DNA from: an uncultured Actinomycetota bacterium
GTDB taxonomy: Bacteria; Actinomycetota; Actinomycetes; Mycobacteriales; Pseudonocardiaceae
NCBI GenBank assembly: GCA_963791185.1
Contig: CAWBRG010000010.1
Span: 833,244 to 897,243, forward strand
DNA length: 64,000 nt
Direction of reading: 5' to 3'
The position numbers and the translations under genes are program-made. This document shows, piece by piece, positions 53,057-64,000 of the stretch (the first letter of the stretch is position 1; each line of letters starts with the position of its first letter). The notes under the pieces are model-generated. The model was not told the origin of the DNA and made no database searches. It saw only the letters and a list, made by a program, of their open reading frames with translations.

Positions 53057-54329
53057 ACAAACGGACCGGGCCGCCCGCCACCCACGAGCCGCGTATATCT
53101 GCGGCGCAGGCCAGGGCGAAGACCTTGGCCAACGCGTCGTCGGCGTCGTCGGCGTGGCCGAGCACCCGGTCGAGCGTGCCGCCCTCCTGCGGGCGCACCC
53201 AGACGGCGTCGAACTGGCGGCCGACGGAGAGGTCGCCGACGTCGGGGAGGTCCAACGCGGCCGCCCCGGCCCGCGTCGCCAGCCAGAGCAGGTGCGCGGA
53301 CGTGAGCGGGTAGCCCTGCAGCGCCTGCATGAAGTAGGCCTGCAGACCCTCCCGGAGCAGGGAGAAGCCGGTGCCCGCGCCGACGTCGGTGCCCAGCGCC
53401 ACCCGCACCCCGCGCTCCACGTGGCGGCGCAGCGGGAACAGGCCGCTGCCCAGCGCGCTGTTGCTCGACGGGCAGTGCGCGACGCTCGCCCCCGTGCCCG
53501 CCAGCACGTCCAGCTCGGCGTCGGTGGGGTGCACGGAGTGCGCCAGCACGCTGCGCCGCCCGAGCAGCGCGAAGCGGTCGTAGGTGTCGACGTAGTGCGC
53601 GCACTCCGGGAACAGCTTCGCCACCGCGGCGACCTCGGCCGGGTTCTCGTTGACGTGCGAGGTGAAGAGGGCACCGTCGACGTCGCGGAGCAGGGCCGCG
53701 CAGCTCTCCAGGAGCCCCGGCGTGGTGGCGAGCGAGAAGCGCGGGGTGACGGCGTAGCGCAGCCGTTCCTTGCCGTGCCAGCGCTCGGCGAGGCTCCGGC
53801 CGTCGGAGTAGGCCCGCTCCGCGCTGACCTCGAGCTCGGGCCGCAGGTTGCGGTCGCCGACGACGAGGCCCGCGGTGACGCGCAGCCCGACCGCCGCGGC
53901 CCGCTCGAACAGCAGGTCGACGGCGGGCGCGAAGTGGGCGCCGAACACGAGCGCCGTGGTGGTGCCCGCGCGGGCGAGCCCGTCCACGAAGTCGGCGGCG
54001 ATCACCCCGGCGTGGTTGACGTCGGACATGCGCGCCTCTTCGGGCAACGCGCGTCCGTCCAACCAGGACAGCAGCGGCTTGCCGAGCCCGCCGATCACCC
54101 GGATCTGCGGGAAGTGCACGTGCGTGTCGACCAGGCCGGGCAGGAGCACGCCGCCCGCGAGGTCCACCACCTCGTCGTCCGGGCGGGCCGCGCGCACCCG
54201 CGCGAAGGGGCCGCGGTCGACGACCACGCCCGCCTCCACGGCGATCCCGGCGTCGGACTCGGCACGCAGCCCGCCGCCGTGGAACGGCGAATCGGGGGTG
54301 TCGAGGACGGTGCCGCGGTAGACGGTCAC
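53049..54329 (-). CDS. guaD: Guanine deaminase
   Basis: [32 protein letters not shown] and GTDVGAG motifs. Confidence 0.93.
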   Translation of the reverse strand: MTVYRGTVLDTPDSPFHGGGLRAESDAGIAVEAGVVVDRGPFARVRAARPDDEVVDLAGGVLLPGLVDTHVHFPQIRVIGGLGKPLLSWLDGRALPEEARMSDVNHAGVIAADFVDGLARAGTTTALVFGAHFAPAVDLLFERAAAVGLRVTAGLVVGDRNLRPELEVSAERAYSDGRSLAERWHGKERLRYAVTPRFSLATTPGLLESCAALLRDVDGALFTSHVNENPAEVAAVAKLFPECAHYVDTYDRFALLGRRSVLAHSVHPTDAELDVLAGTGASVAHCPSSNSALGSGLFPLRRHVERGVRVALGTDVGAGTGFSLLREGLQAYFMQALQGYPLTSAHLLWLATRAGAAALDLPDVGDLSVGRQFDAVWVRPQEGGTLDRVLGHADDADDALAKVFALACAADIRGSWVAGGPVRLLS

Positions 54330-55197
54330 GGCGCCGCCTCCCGAGCCGCGGCGCGGGTCATCGCCGCGCCGGACACATCCGCCGCCGCACGGCCGGGAGG
54401 CCGCGCGGCCGCCTCGCGCTCCAGGCGGCGCAACAGATCCGCGGCAACGCTCACCGCGATCACCGCGGGCGCTTTCCCGGTGATCTCGGGCAGCCCGATC
54501 GGGGTGGTGATGCGGGCGAGCGCGGCCTCGTCGTGGCCCTCCGCGGCGAGCTTGCGCGCGAACCGGCCCCACTTCACGGCCGAACCGATCAACCCGATCG
54601 ACCCCAGGTGGCCGCAGCGCAGGGCGGCGTCGCACAGCGCGGCGTCCTCGGCGTGGTCGTGCGTCATGATCAGCACGTGGCTGCCTGCGGGCAGCTCGCC
54701 GAGCACCAGCTCCGGCACCACGGCGTGGTGGCGGTGCACCCGCGCCACGGCGTGCTCGATGACGACCCGGTCGAGCTGGCCCGCCCGCGAGTCGACCAGG
54801 TGCAGCTCGACGTCGTGGCGCGCCAGCACCAGCGCCAGCTCGGTGCCGACGTGCCCGATCCCGAAGATCGCGATCGACGGCACCGGCCGCAGCGGCTCGA
54901 ACAGCAGCGTGACCTCGCCGCCGCAGCACTGCACGCCGTGCTGGGCCGGGGCCCGGTCGGAGAGCCGGGTGACGCTCGTCTCCGGCTCCGTCGTCGACGC
55001 CGCGATCAGCCCTCGGGCGTGGACCACGGCCGCCTGTTCCAGGTTGCCGCCCCCGATCGTGCCCCAGGTGCGCAGCTGCCCGACCACCATCTTCGCCCCG
55101 GCCTCGCGGGGCGCGTGCCCGCGAACGGCGATCACGGTGACCAGCACCCCGGGCTGCCGCGCGCGCCGCAGCTCGGACACGGCCGTCAGCCAGTGCA

Positions 55198-55198
<1 letters not shown>
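54326..55198 (-). CDS. xdhC: Xanthine dehydrogenase accessory protein
   Basis: PREAGAKM, GTIGGGNLE, QCCGG, MTHDHAED and GLIGS motifs. Confidence 0.93.
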
Positions 55199-57553
<2,355 letters not shown>

Positions 57554-57557
<4 letters not shown>

Positions 57558-58982
57558 GCCTGCACCTCGTTCCAGAACTTCAAGAGCGACTGTTCGAGCA
57601 TCGCCACCCGGAAGGCGGCGCTGGCGCGGTGGTCGTCGATCGGGGTGCCCTCCTCGCGGAGCACGGCCGCGGCCGCCCGCACGCGTGTCGGCGTCCCAGG
57701 GCCTGCCGATGAGCGCCTCCTCGGTGGCGGTCGCCCGCACCGGCGTGGCCGCGACCCCGCCCAGGCCGATGGCGGCGTCGGTGACGACCCCGTCGCGCAC
57801 GTCGAGCGCGAACGCCACCGCGACGCTGGAGATGTCGTCGAACCGCCGCTTGGCGATCTTGTGGAACGCGGTGAGCGGGGCCAGCGGCAGCGGGATCCGC
57901 ACGGACTTGATCAGCTCGGCCGCCTCGCGCACGCTGCGGCGGTAGCCGGTGAAGTACTCGTCGAGGGGGACCACGCGCTCGCCGGACGGCCCGACCAGGA
58001 CGACCGACGCCCGCAGCGCCAGCAGCGCGGGCGGGGTGTCGCCGATCGGCGAGCCCGTGCCGATGTTGCCGCCGATCGTGGCGCCGTTGCGGATCAGCCG
58101 CGACGCGAACTGCGGCCACAGCTGGTCCAGCAGCGGCACCCGGCCCTCGAGCAGCCGTTCGGCCTCCGACAGCGTGAGCGCGGCCCCGAGCTCGACGGTG
58201 TCGTCGGTGACGGCGAACGTGCGCAGCTCGGTGAGCCGGTCCACCGCGATGACGAACGGAGCGCGGACACCGCGGATGTTGACCTCGACGCCCCAGTCGG
58301 TGCAGCCCGCGATCACCGTCGCGTCCGGGTGCTCGGCCAGCAGCGCGAGCGCGTCGGCGAGGTCGTTCGGCCGGGCGAACCGGCTGACCCGGGTGGGCGG
58401 CGCGGCGGGCGCGGGAGCCGCGGCCCGGGTCGCCAGCGCGTCGTCAGCGGGCGGGTTGCCCAGCGCGTACGCGGCGTCGCGGATCGGGCGGTAGCCGGTG
58501 CAGCGGCAGAGGTTGCCCGAGAGGGCGTGCAGGTCGAAGCCGTTGGGGCCGTGCTCGGCGTCGACGTGGCCGTTGACGCTCTGACCGTTGGTCGAGGCCG
58601 CGCGCTCGGGCCGGTAGTACTCGGCCGCCATGCTGCAGATGAAGCCCGGCGTGCAGTAGCCGCACTGCGAGCCGCCGCGGCAGGCCATCTCCTCCTGCAC
58701 GGGGTGCAGGTCGCCGGGAAGGCCGAGCCCTTCGGCCGTGACGACCTCCTGCCCGTCCAGCGCGAGCGCGGGCACCAGGCAGGCGTTGAGCGCCGTCCAG
58801 CGGCTGCGCGCCGCGCCGTCGGGCCGGGCGACGAGCACCGAGCACGCGCCGCACTCGCCCTCCGCGCAGCCCTCCTTGGCCCCGGTGAAGCCCTGGTCGC
58901 GCAGCCAGTCGAGCGCCGTGACGTGCGGCTCGCCGATGACCGGGCGAGGCTCGCCGTTGACCGTGATCGTCGGTGTCGTCAT
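57554..58982 (-). CDS. xdhA: Xanthine dehydrogenase small subunit (2Fe-2S + FAD); frameshift near 57685
   Basis: KEGCAEGECGAC, QCGYCTPG, GNLCRCTGY and IRNGATIGGN motifs. Confidence 0.9.
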
Positions 58983-59458
58983 GCTCCCACCACCTCCGGC
59001 AACCGCAGGAGGGCGATCTCGCGCAGTTGCGCGACCGTTTCCGCTCGTTCGGTTGCCTCGTCGTTTTCCAACCTGCGCCGCAGCTCCGCGAGGACCTCGG
59101 GCGCGGTGCGGCCCGCGGCGCGGATGAGGAACACCCGTCCGAAGCGCCGCTCGTACTCCTTGTTGCCTTCTGTCAGTTCGTCGTCCGGCGCCACGGCGGC
59201 CTGTTCCCGCCGGGAGAACGCCGCGTCGTGGTCCGCCCCCGCGCGTTCGCCGATGCGCGGGTGGCGGGCGAGGGCGGCGGCGAGCTCGTCGTCGGTGAGC
59301 GTCGCCGCCGCGGCCTCGGCCTGCTTGGTGAGGGCGGCCAGGTTGTCGTACGGCCGCCCGGCCACCACCTCCGCCGCCCACCGCGGCACGGCGAGGCAGG
59401 TCAGCAACCGCGCGGTCGCCTCCGCGGTGGGCAGGTCGTTGAAGTGCAGCTCGCTCAT
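58979..59458 (-). CDS. uraD: OHCU decarboxylase
   Basis: HPRIGE...SRREQ...YERRFGRVFLIRA; catalytic His and Glu are present. Confidence 0.93.
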   Translation of the reverse strand: MSELHFNDLPTAEATARLLTCLAVPRWAAEVVAGRPYDNLAALTKQAEAAAATLTDDELAAALARHPRIGERAGADHDAAFSRREQAAVAPDDELTEGNKEYERRFGRVFLIRAAGRTAPEVLAELRRRLENDEATERAETVAQLREIALLRLPEVVGA

Positions 59459-61359
59459 GATTCCAAGTGTCGTGTACGGGCCGAGTGGATCGGGTTGGCG
59501 TTGGCGACCTTCTCGTCGAACCGGTGCGTCGCGATCTTGGCGATCTCGATCAACGCGGTGGCGTGCTCCTGGGTCGGCGAGTTGTTCAGCCGCTCCCAGC
59601 CGCCGCTCAGCACCTGGTCGAACGAGGTGCGGTCGCGCACGGCCGTCACGAGCGGGAAGCCGAAGCGGTCGCGGTAGGCCTGGGTGAGCGAGGCCAGCTC
59701 CTCGTGCTCCTTCTCGGCGAGGCGGTGCAGCCCGAGCGTCGACTGGTCATCCAGCGACGCGCCACCCACGTGTGCGCCCAGGTCCGGGTAGGAGTTGATC
59801 AGTTGTTCCTGCTCCTCGACGGTGGCGGCGAACAACGCTTCCTGGAACGCGCGGCGCAAGTCCTGGGTGTCGGAGAAGGGGCGCTGGGTGTAGGCCCGCC
59901 GCACCACCCAGTCCGGGCCCTGGAACAGACCCGCGAAGGTGGCCACGAACTCGTCCTCGCTCATCGTGTTGACCTGGTCCAGGCGCACGAGGTGGTCGCC
60001 CGGCGCGCCGGCGACGGCGGGCCCGCGGTTCTTGCCGATGTGGTGGAACACGAGGTTGAGCAGGATCGCGGTGATGCTGCCGAGCGTGATGCCGCTGCCG
60101 AAAATGATCTGCGCCCACTCGGGGACGGCCTTGGCGACGTCGGGAATGGCGGTCACGTACATCGCCAGGCCGATGCTGGTCGAGACGATCACGATGTTGC
60201 GGTGGTCGTGGAAGTCCACCCGCGACAGGGTCTGGATGCCGACGACCGCGACGGTCGCGAACATCGCGATCGCGGCGCCGCCGAGCACCGGGTGCGGGAT
60301 GGCCGCCACGATCGCGCCCGCCTTGGGGATCAGCCCGATGATGATCATGATCACGCCTGCGGCGGCGACCACGTAGCGGCTCTTCACCCGGGTCAGGCGC
60401 ACGAGGCCGACGTTCTCGGCGAAGCAGGTGTACGGGAACGAGTTGAGGATGCCGCCGATCATGGTGGCGAGGCCGTCGGCGCGCAGGGCACGGGCGATGT
60501 CGCCGCGCACGATGCGCTTCTCGACGATCTCGCCGGTCGCGAACACGTCACCGGTGGTCTCCACGGCGGTGATCAACATGACGACGATCATCGAGACGAT
60601 CGCCGCGGCGGCGAACTTCGGCACACCGAAGTAGAAGGGTGTGGTGACGCCGAGCCAGGCCGACTGCGCGACGGTCTCGAAGTGCGCGTCGCCGAGCGCC
60701 CAGGCCACCAGCGTGCCGAGGACGAGGCCGACGAGGACGGCGACCGTCGCCATGAAGCCGCGGAACACCCGCTGGATCAGGACGATCAGCGCGAGGGTGC
60801 CGAGGGCGTAGGCCATGTTGCGGGGGTTGGTCGGGTCGAAGGTGGGGCCCGCGCCGCCCGCGGCGTCCGCGGCCGCGACGGGCAGCAGCGCGAGGCCGAT
60901 GATCGTGATCACCGAGCCGGTGACGACCGGCGGGAAGAAGCGGATCAGCTTCGAGAAGAACGGCGCGATGAGGAACGTGAAGAGGCCCGCGACGATCACG
61001 GCGCCGTAGATCACGAGCAGGCCTTCGGTGCCGCCGCCCGCCGCGAGGCCGATGGCGATCATCGGCGACACGGCCGTGAACGTCACGCCCTGCAGCAACG
61101 GCAGCCGCACACCGATCTTCCAGAAGCCGACCGACTGGATGATCGAGGCGATGCCGCACGTGAAGAGGTCGGCGTTGATGAGGTGGATGAGCTGCTCGGT
61201 GTTCAGGCCGATGGAGTTGGCCAGCAGGATCGGCACGATGACGGCGCCCGCGTAGAACGCCAGCACGTGCTGGAATCCGTAGATCGCCAGCTTCGGCAGC
61301 GGCAGCACCTCGTCAACGGGGTGCGCGACGGCCTTCCTGGGCGCCTCGACGGTGGACAT
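59455..61359 (-). CDS. NCS2 (xanthine/urate) permease fused to a C-terminal OHCU-decarboxylase-like domain
   Basis: QHVLAFY and ENVGLV NCS2 signatures. The last ~175 aa (VNTMSEDEFV...YPDLG...YRDRFGFPLV...EIAKIA) resemble UraD, in one open frame. Confidence 0.9.
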   Translation of the reverse strand: MSTVEAPRKAVAHPVDEVLPLPKLAIYGFQHVLAFYAGAVIVPILLANSIGLNTEQLIHLINADLFTCGIASIIQSVGFWKIGVRLPLLQGVTFTAVSPMIAIGLAAGGGTEGLLVIYGAVIVAGLFTFLIAPFFSKLIRFFPPVVTGSVITIIGLALLPVAAADAAGGAGPTFDPTNPRNMAYALGTLALIVLIQRVFRGFMATVAVLVGLVLGTLVAWALGDAHFETVAQSAWLGVTTPFYFGVPKFAAAAIVSMIVVMLITAVETTGDVFATGEIVEKRIVRGDIARALRADGLATMIGGILNSFPYTCFAENVGLVRLTRVKSRYVVAAAGVIMIIIGLIPKAGAIVAAIPHPVLGGAAIAMFATVAVVGIQTLSRVDFHDHRNIVIVSTSIGLAMYVTAIPDVAKAVPEWAQIIFGSGITLGSITAILLNLVFHHIGKNRGPAVAGAPGDHLVRLDQVNTMSEDEFVATFAGLFQGPDWVVRRAYTQRPFSDTQDLRRAFQEALFAATVEEQEQLINSYPDLGAHVGGASLDDQSTLGLHRLAEKEHEELASLTQAYRDRFGFPLVTAVRDRTSFDQVLSGGWERLNNSPTQEHATALIEIAKIATHRFDEKVANANPIHSARTRHLES

Positions 61360-61465
61360 ACGTGTGCCTCCTCGACACTCGAGCGGGGGTGGTGGTCGGC
61401 GTTGCCCGGGTGTTCGGCCCGGGCGGCCCGACCGCGGCACGCCCGTCACCCCTTGCTCGGCGTTT

Positions 61466-61653
61466 ATCCGCTATACGGAACTTTCTCTCCGATCGGCGGA
61501 AGAGTAGGCTCCAGGTGTCGACGGGTCAAGGGGGTCACGTCGTCTCGATATATCCGAGCCGTGGAGCACCCACCTCGGTGGCCTCGAGGGTGGACGTCGA
61601 ACGCCGCCGCCGCGCTGTTCTGCTGTCCGGATGTAAGATTCTGCCTATCGGAA
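61466..61653. promoter_or_regulatory. Two pairs of IclR-type operators in the divergent permease/IclR intergenic region
   Basis: 15-bp sites at 61466 and 61487, and at 61618 and 61639. Confidence 0.65.
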
Positions 61654-61712
61654 GCGGTACCCCGGCTACTCGAACTGCGTCCGATCCCCAGTCGTGAGGA
61701 TGGTGAACGACC

Positions 61713-62492
61713 ATGACCAGCGTCGGAGCAGTCGAGGGATCCGGGGGTGTGCAGTCCGTCGGACGGGCCTTCGAGATCCTCGAAGTGATCGCCGCGCAGG
61801 GCGGCGAGCTGTCGCTCTCCGAGATCGCCGCGTCCGTCGGGCTGCCCGCGCCGTCGGCCCACCGGCTGCTGCGCACCCTCGTCTCGCTCGGGTACCTGCG
61901 CCAGGAGACGTCGCGCCGCTACGCCCTCGCGCCCCGGCTCATCCGGCTCGGCGAGTCCGCGGCCAAGCAGTTCGGGGCGTGGGGCTACCCCGTGCTCATC
62001 GGGCTGATGGAGGCGATCGGGGAGTCGGCGAACATGGCCATCCTCGACGGGTCCAACGCCATCTACGTCGCGCAGGTGGCGGGTCGGCACTCGATGCGCA
62101 TGTTCACCGAGGTCGGCAGGCGCGTGCCGCTGCACGCCACCGGCGTCGGCAAGGCGCTGCTCACCCAGCTCCCCGACGACGAGATCATCCGCATCCTCGA
62201 GCTGGCGGGCATGCCCACCGTCACGCCGCACACCATCACCGACGCCGCCGTCCTCCTGCAGGACGTGCGCACCAGCCGGATCCGCGGCTACACGATCGAC
62301 GACGGTGAGCAGGAGGTCGGCGTGTCCTGCGTCGCCGTCACGGTGCCGAACGCGCCCACGCCCACCGCCATCTCGATCTCCGCGCCCACCCCGCGCATGA
62401 CGCCGGACGTCGTGCGGGAGGCCGCCGCCGCGCTCCGCGAGGCCGCCGCCACCATGGCCGCGCGCTTCGAACGGAAGCGCGCCACCGGCTGA
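61713..62492 (+). CDS. IclR family regulator (AllR-like)
   Basis: VQSVGRAF HTH, PLHATGVGKALL and GYTIDDGEQEVG motifs. Confidence 0.94.
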   Translation: MTSVGAVEGSGGVQSVGRAFEILEVIAAQGGELSLSEIAASVGLPAPSAHRLLRTLVSLGYLRQETSRRYALAPRLIRLGESAAKQFGAWGYPVLIGLMEAIGESANMAILDGSNAIYVAQVAGRHSMRMFTEVGRRVPLHATGVGKALLTQLPDDEIIRILELAGMPTVTPHTITDAAVLLQDVRTSRIRGYTIDDGEQEVGVSCVAVTVPNAPTPTAISISAPTPRMTPDVVREAAAALREAAATMAARFERKRATG

Positions 62493-62508
62493 GCCGCACC
62501 CCACCCCT

Positions 62509-62553
62509 CGAAGATCGCCGTTTCGGAGACGTCTCCCGAAGCGGCGATCTTCG
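62509..62553 (+). terminator. Long stem-loop after the IclR gene
   Basis: CGAAGATCGCCGTTTCGG...CCGAAGCGGCGATCTTCG followed by TTT. Confidence 0.7.
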
Positions 62554-62605
62554 TTTGGGGCCGGGCGACGCCGACCCTTGACGACCCCTGATCGGGGCCG
62601 TAACT

Positions 62606-62641
62606 TATCGCATCGTGGAAACTTAATTCCGCTAACGCCTG
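62606..62641. promoter_or_regulatory. Paired IclR-type operators upstream of uricase
   Basis: TATCG-N5-TGGAA at 62606 and a TTCCG half-site at 62627. Confidence 0.5.
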
Positions 62642-62681
62642 TTGCCGCGTTTGCCCACCCCAGCTACCGAGGGAGCTAGCC

Positions 62682-63581
62682 ATGGCCGTCACGCTTGGCG
62701 CCAACCAGTACGGGAAGGCGGAGACCCGCGTCGTGCGCGTCTTCCGCGACACCGAGCCGCACGAGATCGTCGACTACAACGTGAGCGTGCAGCTGCGCGG
62801 CGACTTCGCCGACGTCCACCTGCGCGGCGACAACACCAAGTGCCTCACCACCGACGCCACGAAGAACACCGTGAACGCGTTCGCCAAGGAGATGGGCGAC
62901 GCCGTGCGCGAGCCGGAGTCGTTCGCACGGGCGCTGGCCCGGCACTTCGTCGACGACGTGCCGCAGGTCGACCGGGCTCGCATCCAGATCGAGGCCTACC
63001 CGTGGGACCGGCTCAGCCACGCGGGCAGCCCGCACCCGCACGCCTTCGCCCGCCGCGGCTCCTACGTCCGCACGGCGACCGTCACCGCCACGGCCGACAC
63101 GACCTGGATCGTCTCCGGCGTGCGCGAGCTGGTGGTGCTCAAGACCACCGACTCGGAGTTCCACACCTTCTACTCCGACCGCTACACCACGCTCGTGCCC
63201 ACCGACGACCGGATCATGGCCAGCTCGGTGACCGCGCAGTGGCTGCACACCGACGCGGACGTCGACTGGGGCACCTCCTACGACGCGGTGCTCGCCGCGC
63301 TGACCGACACCTTCGCGGGCCACTACAGCCTGGCGTTGCAGCAGACCCTGTACGCGATGGGCGAGGCCGTGATCGACGGCCAGCCCGAGATCGGCGAGGT
63401 GCGGTTCTCGATGCCGAACAAGCACCACTTCCTGGTCGACCTCAGCCCGTACGGCGTCGAGAACAAGAACGAGGTCTTCCACGCCGACGACCGGCCGTAC
63501 GGCCTCATCGAGGGCACCATCCGGCGCGACGACGCCCCGGACCCCGGCGCCGCCGCGTTCGACCCCGGCCAGGGGTGGTGA
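62682..63581 (+). CDS. pucL: Urate oxidase (uricase)
   Basis: NQYGKAE, TDATKNTV, LKTTDSEF, SLALQQTLY, MPNKHHF and PYGLIEG motifs. Confidence 0.96.
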   Translation: MAVTLGANQYGKAETRVVRVFRDTEPHEIVDYNVSVQLRGDFADVHLRGDNTKCLTTDATKNTVNAFAKEMGDAVREPESFARALARHFVDDVPQVDRARIQIEAYPWDRLSHAGSPHPHAFARRGSYVRTATVTATADTTWIVSGVRELVVLKTTDSEFHTFYSDRYTTLVPTDDRIMASSVTAQWLHTDADVDWGTSYDAVLAALTDTFAGHYSLALQQTLYAMGEAVIDGQPEIGEVRFSMPNKHHFLVDLSPYGVENKNEVFHADDRPYGLIEGTIRRDDAPDPGAAAFDPGQGW

Positions 63582-63583
63582 GG

Positions 63584-64000
63584 GTGGCGCGCACGCAACC
63601 CACCGAGGAGACGCGACACCCCGTCGACCAGGTGCTGCCCGCAGGCCAGATGGCCGTGTACGGCCTGCAGCACGTCATGAGCATGTACGCGGGCGTGGTG
63701 GCCGTGCCGCTGATCGTCGGCACGGCCATGGGCCTGCCGTTCGGTGAGCTGGCCTACCTGCTCACCGCCGCCCTGCTGGTGTCCGGCCTCGCGACGCTGT
63801 TGCAGACGCTCGGCATCTGGCGCATCGGCGCCCGGCAGCCGCTGGTGCAGGGCACCTCGTTCGCGGCCGTGGCGTCGATGCTCGCGATCGGCAAGGGCGC
63901 GGGCGGCGGCGCTGCAGGCCTCACCGCGATCTACGGCGCCGTCATCGTGGCCGGTGTCGTCGGCTTCCTGCTCGCGCCGGTGTTCAACCGGCTGCTGCAC
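63584..64000 (+). CDS. Second NCS2 nucleobase permease (5' part; runs off the window edge)
   Basis: Manual translation: MARTQPTEETRHPVDQVLPAGQMAVYGLQHVMSMYAGVVAVPLIVG...QPLVQGTSF. Confidence 0.9.
   Translation, partial: MARTQPTEETRHPVDQVLPAGQMAVYGLQHVMSMYAGVVAVPLIVGTAMGLPFGELAYLLTAALLVSGLATLLQTLGIWRIGARQPLVQGTSFAAVASMLAIGKGAGGGAAGLTAIYGAVIVAGVVGFLLAPVFNRLLH

Overview
Very GC-rich actinobacterial chromosome, most consistent with Pseudonocardia or another Pseudonocardiaceae member (inferred from gene content and synteny). 1-7074: propane/acetone-type soluble di-iron monooxygenase operon (prmABCD-groEL) with a divergent GAF-AAA-Fis activator. 7-30 kb: mixed core region with a K+ channel, photolyase, CDF exporter, gltA/pdxH/citA, several regulators and MFS transporters, serC and sepH. 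30-44 kb: the conserved pmt-rsmI-metG-tatD-rpfB-rsmA-ispE-ABC-F block, with a small AT-richer HTH cassette bounded by a direct repeat between rsmI and metG. 45.8-64 kb: a large purine/allantoin/glyoxylate catabolic cluster with an IclR regulator. About ten genes carry single-base frameshifts that look like assembly indels. Best leads: an NCS2 permease fused to a catalytically degenerate OHCU-decarboxylase domain; a stand-alone allophanate-hydrolase-C/GGCT-fold gene in an allantoin operon that lacks two pathway steps; four dispersed 22-bp-period tandem arrays; a BldC-like HTH cassette with a perfect 16-bp direct repeat; a structured rpfB leader; four paired IclR-type operators spaced exactly 21 bp. 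No tRNA, rRNA, CRISPR-cas or transposase was seen.
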